DNA of 64,000 bases from Epiperipatus broadwayi (taxonomy: Eukaryota; Animalia; Onychophora). Below the pieces are notes generated by a model. It saw only the letters and a list, made by a program, of their open reading frames with translations. It did not search any database and was not told the DNA's origin. The translations under genes were made by a program, and so were the position numbers. The stretch is taken from assembly GCA_028023455.1 (NCBI GenBank), contig JAQFVV010000006.1, positions 17,112,001-17,176,000 of the forward strand. Reading direction: 5' to 3'. How positions within the stretch are numbered: position 1 is the stretch's first letter; every line of letters starts with the position of its first letter. Below are positions 51,652-61,025 of the stretch, piece by piece.

Positions 51652-53931
51652 TTACCATATGAACTTAAACATAGCTCAGTATATATGTAAACAAAGAGAG
51701 TAAATCACCCATCTCCAGGCTATGAATTAAAAGAACTGTAAATGGTGAACCAAGGACCAAGAATAGAATGAATCCACCTATTCTCGGAGCTCTGATGTTT
51801 ATTATAATGGTCGACTAACCTCTCTAACCTAATCTGCCATACCAGGGCACCACCCGGCCATTTGAACCTGGAAAATTTATACAATAGGCAGATACGCGCG
51901 GAAGAGATTACCTTTTTATCGAACTGAAAGCACCATTTGCTAGCTCAGGGAGAAGCTGAGCTTAAAATATTATACTGTATATTCAAATTTCTAATACTTA
52001 CTTTTAAATATTAATAAAATATATAAAATAAGTTACTGCCAAAATTAATTCAACAAAACATTTTATTACAACGCACACATGCATTAAAAAGATTCTGAAA
52101 ATTAAATCAACTAAATATATTTGATCTGGATTATATGCACAGATGGAAGTGTTTAATAGATTTAAATACAATTTTATTAAGTGTGAACATGCTACATAGA
52201 TTACGCAATAACCAACCCAATCTTTTTTAATCTTAGGCCAAAAATCTCGCATTTAAACCAATACCGATGTGACCAATGCAAAATGAGATTATTAGCATAA
52301 CACAATCATGCTAACAGGAATTTTACATCTGTAGCATGATATCATTAGAAAAATAACGAATCATAGTGAGAAGGAATGAGCATCTTCCCCATGATACAAG
52401 AACGAAATTATATGAGAAGCTCTGTAAATGGTGATAGCGGTCTTTGCTGGCTTACTGTCCCAGTCAGAGCATAAGAAAATCAATGGCATAGGAAATACGT
52501 CTATGACCATAGGCAATGAATGACTACTCTTTTGGGTCATACATTCAGGTGGGTACTATGCCCTGTATGCTAACGCGGTACAAGGGAACGAGTATCCAAT
52601 GCACCTACTCAAGTAGCACTAATCCAACTACGAAACAATTAGACCAAAATTAACACACTTTAAACTAACAATCTTACAAATCTATGCAGCCATTCATGCT
52701 CACTTTAAATAATTAATTTAAAAGAAATTACGAGAATGGAAATGATATTAAGCATATTTAAAAAAAAAAGAAAATACATAAATAATTAAAAATTTAGTCA
52801 GATACAAGATTTCTTTTGAAAGTTAAGTGACACTTAAAATACTGGAAAAAGTTCGCATTATATGATTAATGTTTATACTTCATTTAAAATAAAAGTTTAT
52901 ACTCTCCAATGCTATAGGTAAAGTCCGTATTTGTAATCCTTATGCATGGTAGAATTCAAAGTTCTTTCCATTCCTATTCTTCTAGATGGAGAGAAGTTCA
53001 TTGCTGGCTATTTTCCGGGAATCATCCTATTCTGGAGACCGCTTCAGCTGCTGCAAATACGGGAAACATAAATTATTGCTGACCCCTACATTTTGGAGAT
53101 CCGCAATACACCGCTCAATATGCTTAATAATAATCCACAATCAGCCAGAGCAATCCCAAAAATCTCTTCTCCCTTCAAAGTTTTTTTTTTTATCCTTGTA
53201 AACTCTTATCAGTAGTATTTTTTTAATTTATTTCTCATCTGACTATATGCCCAAGGGCCTGTTTGCAATTACCTCAAAATAGAAAATCATTTCCATTCTA
53301 AGAATAAAAATAACTAATTAACAGCATTTAATATAAAAATTCTTTTATATTAAAAAGAATCTTGTTTTTAGATTTTAACTTTAAATTATCATTAGTTTGC
53401 CATCTGTGCATTATATATATTAATTCAAATCAAATTATTAAATTCCCCCTTTTTTTATACATATATTTCTACTTGAGTGTGATTATATATATATTTACTT
53501 CTGTTTGAAAGAAATGTAATGGCATATACTTATTCCGTTACATTATAAACATACTTTTCTCAACATCGTTGATTCAAAGTGAAATTATATTTATCAGCCT
53601 TGGAATATGGCACTAAAGTGTTGTTAAATCCATAATCAATTATACAAGGATGTAGACAGAATATTACTTTTAACACCACAATTAAACAAGATTTACCAAT
53701 AGTGATAATAAAGGTATGCTTATAAACATCAGAGCTCCAAGAATAGATAGATTTATTCTATTCTTGATTTTTTGTTCAATATTTAGCCTGTAGGGGATGG
53801 AGGATATAATTTACTCCCTTTATTTACATTTACGATGTGTAATTGTATAATGCATTGAAATTTATTGTTATAATTACACATTTTTTTTGTGCAAAAAATT
53901 ATAATGATTTATCAGTTAAAGTTTTATTTTT

Positions 53932-54898
53932 CATATTATTTCGAATATAAGGTGCCTTTTGAATTTAAGATGCAGTAGGATTTTAAGCCTGAAAAATTGG
54001 GAAAAATATTATCCCCCAAATTTAAGATTCAAATATATACTAAATAGGAACTAATATAAATACAATAAATGCATCTAATTTATTGTGAATGTTCTTCAGA
54101 TATATGGTACTTTCACTTTCTACATCTTCACTTTCAGAACTTGAATTCTCATCTTCACTATTCCATCAGGTACATCATCTTCCAGCCATTTAAATTATAG
54201 CCGAACATTATAATTACTTTATCAATTTGCTTTTATATAAAGTACATTTTTCTATTAAAATCCGAGTCATTTTTCTAAAATAATTTATTTTCTGAAAAAA
54301 AAAAAATTTTAAATGTCAAGCATTGGTGGTCGAAAGGTCAGCGACAGCTGCTTTACAAGCAGTTGTCCCGGGTTAGCGGGGTTAGCTTCCTGGCTGATGC
54401 TATGACACATGAGAAAAAAAATTTTTTTAATGTGTAAAAAAAAGATTAAAATATTCGTTTTCACTTTGAAATTCAAAATGAAAACATCGGAATTATAATA
54501 ATTTTGACAGGCGATCTCTTGTTTACAATAAACTAATCAGCACCTTGGAAGGTATGCTCTTATCTCATTGTTATATTGATTTGTTGTAAAAATATTCTAA
54601 AGATTATTTGGTAATCTTTTCTTGATAAAATACTGGTAAAATCTGCAAAATAATGTTAAAAGTACGGTTTGAGAGTTAAAGCTGTTTACAAAATTAATCC
54701 CAAAAATATTGATTAAAAAAGATCTAACATGTTATTGTACACAGGAAATGATCATAATACTATGTGCATGTATAGCATAAAGCAAAGATCCACAGTAATA
54801 AGCTGTTGAAAATGTTCACTTCAAATTTAAGATTGCAACCCTATTTTAAAGGTCCAAAATTTTGAAAAAAGGTACATCTTATATTCAAAGTAATAAGG
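53932..54898 (-). mobile_element. Tc2/pogo-like non-autonomous DNA transposon
   Basis: TIR-like tattatttcgaatataaggtgcc / ggtacatcttatattcaaagtaataagg|ta. Minus-strand LNG.EDDV..WNSEDENSSSESE acidic tail typical of pogo/Tc2 transposases. Confidence 0.7.
54317..54420 (+). mobile_element. tRNA-Gly-derived SINE, TAC-loop subfamily (nested in the Tc2 element)
   Basis: Collinear with 22361-22462; poly(A); imperfect TSD aaatttt..aatgt. Confidence 0.85.
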
Positions 54899-56243
54899 TA
54901 TTTATTTTTCAGTTGACATTTTTCTAGTCTTTGTAAACATTTACATCAACAGTACAAAGTAGTCTATAGCAGTTAATATTAAAAGTTGTAGTGTTTTTTA
55001 ATCTGTTGAAATGAAATGACCCCCTCCCCCATTTTCTATTACCATTTTGCATGATGAGGAGGGATGAAAATAAACTTGAAATTTAATAACCAAAATATAG
55101 CTGTCAAGCTTGTATTTTATTTGTGCACATACCAAATTGTGGGTGGATGACATGGTTTGGGCCTAAAGGAATGGAACAGTTATGTCATTAAAGAATATTT
55201 TCAATTGTTTCTAAGTTAATATGCTTGAAATTAAGAAAAAGTTACTCAGAAAGCTAATTACAATGAGCAGAAACGGAAGTTAGTTGCGGTGAAAGAAAAA
55301 AAAGGTACTGACATACAAATATTAGAGATATGAAGGTTAGAACATTTAAACCAGAAAAAGTAGACATGGTTATAAATTTTACTTTTTGTTCATGCTAAGC
55401 ATGCTTTCAGCACATTGAATATCATAGTAACATAGAATATCATGCAAGAATTTGGGTAGTAAAATAAATTGTGTAATTAGTATGAATAAAGAGAAAAAGA
55501 TGACAAAAAATATTAGTAAAAAAAAGATAAAAAATTAACTCATGCACTCAGATCAAAATCTGACATACTAAATTTCATTTATTGCATTTATTTTTTATTT
55601 AAAAAAATAAAATATTTATAATTATCAGCTCACTTTTACATATAAACACATATCTGCAGGCATTTAGTACAAACTTTGTCAATAATTTTGAAGATACATA
55701 TTAATGATTAATTGGCTTCATCTTCAAATACCATATATTAGTGCTTACAGTTTTAATTTGGCTGCTGAAAGGAATTTGCTGTTAAATGAAAGGAGAAACT
55801 TTGATTCCTCTTGGAGGCCTTAAAAGAACCGAGCTGGCAATTTCTTATTGTCCATTCCATATGTTATTGTTGTTGTAGCTGTTATGACTATGTGTTTATT
55901 CATATAATATATGAACGTGGATGGGCTGCTGCTCATCAACACGTGTTAGCCAGAATGATGAGTTTATTGGCTTTTTATCTCTGAATTTAAGATCAATAAA
56001 CACCATGGTCTTTTTTTCTCAGTTGCCTGAATATCTTTTAACTGAAATATCAGTTGAGTTTTTCTTGAAGGCAGAATGAATGTGTGTGTGAATGAAATTT
56101 TTTTTTTTTTTAATAGATATTTACAATCATGACAGACAAAAATAAATCATGGCCCTATTTCCAGGACTAGCTAAGCAGTAGTTGGAAGCCGAAGGCAGAG
56201 GGTGCTAACAATCTCCTGATTATGGCCCAGGCTGCTATTTCAT

Positions 56244-58113
56244 TATGACCTTTTATTTAGGTACTTAGAACTGCAGATCATTTTCAAGTGAAGGGTTGGG
56301 AAAAGAACTGTCTCATATTAATTGAGACATTATTGGACTATATGGAAGAACAACATTTTGGAGATTGTTAATGTATTGGACAGAGTGGCAAGCAACTTAA
56401 TAGCACATACAAAATGCAGAAATTTTAGGTTTATGTCCGGCAAGTTCTCTTAGTGATGAAATAATAGAGGATTTTTATATGAATGTACAAAAGATTTTAA
56501 CCAAACAACATTTTAAAATTGTTATTGGAGACTTTAATCTGAGAGTTGATAAACAATTGAAAGATGAAAGTGCTATAGATAAATTTGGTTATGGTAATAG
56601 AAATGAGTTGGGCATAGATTGTTGCACTTGCAGAAAAAGAAAAACTTTATAATATGAATTGTTTTTTTGAGAAAAATGTTAAATGAAATGGACATGGAAG
56701 CCCAAAGGAAGATACATCAAAATTGGATTATATTTTGACTAACAGAAAATATGTACTTCAAGATTGTAACGTTCTTAATAAATTCAACGCAGGAAGTGAT
56801 TATCGAATAGTTAGATGTAAGGTACATGTTAATGCAAAACTAGAAAGACAAAAATTATTAAGAAAAACAATATTCACAGTTGATATTTCTAATCTTCAGA
56901 AACATTCCAATGAATTTAAGTTAGAACTTGCAAATCATTTTTAAATATTAACAGATTTTGAAAATGATGGAGATTTGAACAAAATCAATAGGAAGATATT
57001 AAAAACTCCAGCAAACACAAAAGAGCACCAATTGACCAGTAAAATTTTCTACTGAGATAAGGCAATGTATGAAGAACAGAAGATGCATGAAACTATATAA
57101 AAATGATGAATTAAGATGGTTGAATATATTGTATTTTGTAAAATAGCGCAAAAAAGAGTTCATAATGTTATAAGAAAGTATTATTGTGAACTAGTAAGAA
57201 AGTTATAGAATAAAAGTCTCAAGAGTGTAAAATATCATGTTGGTATTGTTAGAAAACTTATTTCTCAATAAGAAAAAAAAAATGGAATTATTACTAAACA
57301 GAGAGATGACAACATGAAATGTATAGAAGAGTTCTATCAAGAATTATATAGCAATAAAGTACAAAGAAAAATCCCTCCTACAACTACTATATTTTCTGAA
57401 TTGCCCATGATTTTAAATGAAGAAGTAAGATGTGCAATTAAATTTATGAAGAAGGAGAAGAACTCCAGGTAGTGCTGAAATTATAATCGATGTCTTAAAA
57501 AGAAGCAGAAGCAGTGAAGAAATAGGAATTTTTTTTCCAGATTTATACACCAAATATCTAAATGATAAAGATGTCTGAGATAATTGGAAGAATGCAAATT
57601 AATATTAATACCTTAAAAAGATGATAAAGAAAATACCAGAAATTATAGACTTATCAGTCTTTTATCATCCAAATATTGAAGGAAGTTGTTAGAAAGGACT
57701 AATGAATATGAGTTGTCATTATGCTTTGGATTTGTAGACTATGAAAAGGCATTTGATTCTATAAGCATTTCTTCACTGATTAAAGCATTGGATCATTGGG
57801 TGTAGACCCAAGATATTGCATTCTGAATAATATTTATAAAAATGCAACAGCAACAGTTAGATTTGATACTACTACAAATATTAATATTGAGAAGGGTGTA
57901 TGATAGGGTGACTCCATATCATCAAAACGTTTTACAGCAGTTTTGCAAGAATTTGTGGATTAAAATGGGAAGCTAAGAGAATAAAAATAAATGGAGATTA
58001 TTTAAAGCAGCTAGTTTTTGCAGGTAATGTAGTTGTTTCTATAAATAATGTTTTAGAGCATCAGAAAATGTTGCAAGACTTATGAGATGAAAGTAAGAAA
58101 ATAGGATTAAAGG
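56244..58113 (+). mobile_element. RTE-clade LINE (APE endonuclease + RT), left part
   Basis: GT.NCRS, VIGDFN, LDYILT, GSDYRIV, NYRLISL and DYEKAFDS motifs; many stops and frameshifts. Confidence 0.85.
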
Positions 58114-58407
58114 AAAATTAAATCACTAAACATCACACGATTACCATTCTTTATGCTTACACAAGCTGTTTACACAGGGTAAAACTCTCCATACAGTAGC
58201 ACTCCTCACTCCAAACCAGAGTAATCAATGGATGCAGGATGGTTTATACATAAAATCCCTATCTATTGCCTACATCCAATATTCCCATACTAGTTTCTAG
58301 CTTGTGGCTTTCATCAGCGAGGAGCCTTGGATCTGAGAGCACTACACCTAGATCTTAGGATTTAAATGCAACCCTCCAGTAGCCACCTTTTACCTTATTA
58401 GCTAACT
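58114..58407 (-). mobile_element. PLE-type family 3 fold-back element, left arm (part 1)
   Basis: Reverse complement of the unit at 59935-60429. Inserted in the RTE with a ttaaagg duplication (58107-58113 and 60430-60436). Confidence 0.8.
58283..58323 (-). ncRNA. Hammerhead-like motif (family 3)
   Basis: Minus strand: ctcg CTGATGA a AGC cacaa GCT a GAAAC tag TA tggg. Confidence 0.55.
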
Positions 58408-58416
58408 GATTTTAGT

Positions 58417-59523
58417 ATGGTATCACTGGATGTAACAGAGCTATACGGGTCAATTAACCGTAAAAGCTCGATAGACATTATTATAACGGAACTCACAAAT
58501 AATAATTGCCCACAAGAGCAGCTAAATTTCATAGTAGAATTTTTGAAATGGACGGATCAAAATATTGTGGCGACATTTAATGGTAAATGTTATAAAATGA
58601 ATGACGGATGGCCAATGGACCTCCCAATAAGTGGGATAATATCTAATATTTTCCTCAATCATTTTGAAAGGCAAATACTGACTAAGTACTACACAATAGA
58701 ACCAAACTTAATATATATGCACTATGTCGACGATGTATTCATAGTTGCACCAGAACAAATAATGGATATTCAGAAAGAGCTACCAACACAAACCTCTTTA
58801 ACAACTAACTGCATACATGAAAACCTCCAGCATAATGTTAATTATCTAGATATTCAAGTTCATAGAGATCCACACCAACTTACATACGCTATGACAGTTA
58901 AGTCACTAGAAATTCGAGGATTTATACATCCAAACTCGAACTCACCCAACTCACATAAATTGGCTGGACTCACTTCCTTCCTGCACAGAAATCACAGACT
59001 ATGTAAATTTGAAGCTGACCGAAAAATGAACCTCACAAATTATATTAAAGATCTAGAAAATGTTGGATATTCACACAACATTATCTATAAAAAGATAAGG
59101 CAATTCCAAACTAAATTACAAACTGATAGGGTCAGAAACAATATACCCAGAATAATGCTACCGTACATACCATCAATTGCTAGGAAATATTATAAAATAT
59201 TTGCTGAATCCTTCGAACTAGGATTCCACACCCCACCATCAACAAACAGAATGATAAACAATACCAAAGACAAAATACCTTCTGATCAAATAGCCCAAGC
59301 AGTTTATAAAAGTTCATGCCCAACCAATGGATGTAGAGCGGCATATTATGGGGAGACCCATGCCAACATTACAACAAGAACATCTCAACATCATTATTTG
59401 CAGAGATCTATAAATAACGATGAAAACAGATCCATATTCTTCGAGCACCAAAAAACAACAGGCCATGTATTCAAACCCACTATGGCAAGGGCACCGTGCA
59501 CTGAACATAATGATATGAAATGA
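58417..59523 (+). CDS. Penelope-type reverse transcriptase (motif A onward) + thumb + GIY-YIG endonuclease, 368 aa, 5'-truncated
   Basis: SLDVTELY, G.PM..PISGIISNIFL, YVDD, YLDI, HP.S.SP..HK, VY..SC....C..YYGET. Homology continues past the TGA as KIKEACFI..INR..S.KW, to about 59616. Confidence 0.9.
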   Translation: MVSLDVTELYGSINRKSSIDIIITELTNNNCPQEQLNFIVEFLKWTDQNIVATFNGKCYKMNDGWPMDLPISGIISNIFLNHFERQILTKYYTIEPNLIYMHYVDDVFIVAPEQIMDIQKELPTQTSLTTNCIHENLQHNVNYLDIQVHRDPHQLTYAMTVKSLEIRGFIHPNSNSPNSHKLAGLTSFLHRNHRLCKFEADRKMNLTNYIKDLENVGYSHNIIYKKIRQFQTKLQTDRVRNNIPRIMLPYIPSIARKYYKIFAESFELGFHTPPSTNRMINNTKDKIPSDQIAQAVYKSSCPTNGCRAAYYGETHANITTRTSQHHYLQRSINNDENRSIFFEHQKTTGHVFKPTMARAPCTEHNDMK

Positions 59524-59665
59524 AAAATTAAAGAGGCGTGCTTTATTGCAAATGACAATTGTGCAATAAACCGGAAAGAATCGTGCTTTGCAATCTCCAG
59601 AAAATGGTCGTTATAAAATTTGCATAAATTTTACATAAACCACAGCTAAACTTCAATTAACTGTA

Positions 59666-59708
59666 GGCTATGATTATGGAGACTCAAGGTCTCCTAAAGC
59701 GCTTAGCC
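59666..59708 (+). ncRNA. Hammerhead fold with variant core (A3/U8, U12)
   Basis: GGCT ATGATTA t GGAGAC tcaag GTCTCC TAAA GCGC TT AGCC. All three stems pair; the core differs at positions 3, 8 and 12. Confidence 0.6.
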
Positions 59709-59775
59709 ATATAACTTGTAAGAAGATTGGGACAAGCTTCACTTTTTTGCGTAAAGCGCAAGTTAAATTACTTAC

Positions 59776-60429
59776 TAGCTAACTATAAAATTTTGAGTTC
59801 AAGATGAAAACACAGTAATGTTTTTTTAATTCAAGCTCATTAGCTTGTATATTAGTATAAATCTGAACTCAGTTCAGCATCCATACTTTTTGATGCCTTT
59901 GTTTGTTTAATAACCACAGTCGACATAATCCTTACTCTGGCTTGCACTGAGTGGCACTATTATATGAATAGTTTTGCCTCTGTGTAAACAGCTTGTGTGA
60001 GCATAAAGCATGGTGATCATGTGATGTTTAGTGATTTAATACCAATCCTGCTCAATAGCATTATAGTGATTATGGTTATTAAAGAACCAAAGACATCAAA
60101 AAGCACGAATAATGCTGAACTGAGTTCCGATCTATACAACTATACAAGCTAATGAGCTTGTGAATTGAATACATTATTGGGTTTTCATTTTGGACACAAA
60201 TCTCTATAGTTAGCTAATAAGGTAAAAGGTGACTACTGGAGTGTCATGGTCCTAAGATCTAGGCACAATCCTCTCAAATCTAAGGCTTCTCACTGATGAA
60301 AGTCACAAGCTAGAAACTAGTCTTGGGATATTGGATGAGTAGTAACTAGATAGGGATTTCATGCACGAGTCTTTCTACATCCATTGATTCCTCTGGTTTG
60401 CATTGAATGGAGGGAGTTCTGCCTCTGTG
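59776..60429. mobile_element. PLE-type family 3 fold-back element, remainder (left arm part 2 + 456-bp-period right arm)
   Basis: 59785-59918 is the reverse complement of ~60075-60215. ctctgg(c/t)ttgca recurs at 59935 and 60391 (period 456). Confidence 0.8.
60287..60328 (+). ncRNA. Hammerhead-like motif (family 3)
   Basis: tctca CTGATGA aagtcacaagcta GAAAC tag TC ttggga (GUC triplet). Confidence 0.55.
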
Positions 60430-61025
60430 TTAAAGGGAGATGTTAAAAAGAGGTAAATAATGTTCAGTGGATTTTTTCAAAAGAAGAAAATAAAGTTTGA
60501 TAATGATGAGTTAGAAAAAGTTAACAACTACAAATACCTTCATCAGATTATTACTACAGATGGAAACATAAGGAATGAAATTAATGATAGAATTAAATTT
60601 GGGTTTTTTAAAATAAATGTGTGCTACTAGTTCTTATTTATTTATCTGAGACTTGGACATTTACCAAAAGAGCACTACAGAAACTTCAGGCCATTTAAAG
60701 AAGTATGGATAGATTATGTTAAGAGTAACAGGAAGTGATTGAAAATGAAGAACATATGTGAGAGAACACACGGATGTTATTGACATCATTGAAAGAATTA
60801 AGAGACTAAAGTGGAATTGGGCTGGATATATTGCTAGAAGAGGACAATTGAAATCTTAAACTATAAAGAACTAGAAAGCGACCACATGTGAGATAGATGG
60901 TTGAAATAAGAAAGTGTGCTGGGGTGATGTGAATAAGAGAGTCTGTAGATTGAAGAAGATGCATTGAACTTGGGGAGACCTTCATCTTACAGTGAATCAT
61001 AATGGTTAAAAATGGTATGATGATA
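60430..61025 (+). mobile_element. RTE-clade LINE, right part (continuation of 56244-58113)
   Basis: Resumes where the RT left off (KIKFDNDELEKVNNYKYL, WNWAGY) and ends in the family 3' tail. Confidence 0.85.

Larger units (their letters stand above)
58408..59775 (+). mobile_element. 5'-truncated Penelope-like retrotransposon, family 4
   Basis: Contains the RT+GIY-YIG ORF, an HHR fold and a terminal hairpin. Flanking direct repeat tta(t/c)tagctaact at 58395-58407 and 59772-59784. Confidence 0.9.

Noticed and set aside
52986-53201. Coding exon after a strong acceptor
   Set aside because: No recognisable product in any frame and no clear donor; kept only as part of the CpG-rich finding.
56150-56243. 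HDV-like ribozyme in the RTE 5' UTR
   Set aside because: Expected for some RTEs, but I could not assemble the nested double pseudoknot by eye.
59521-59523. In-frame TGA in the PLE ORF as selenocysteine (Naiad-type recoding)
   Set aside because: It falls where the GIY-YIG consensus has Arg (KR.IKEA), so CGA to TGA by CpG deamination is the simpler explanation. No SECIS was recognised.
59746-59780. Helitron 3' end (hairpin + CTAG)
   Set aside because: The CTAG belongs to the target duplication and is absent from the second copy at 28770-28800.
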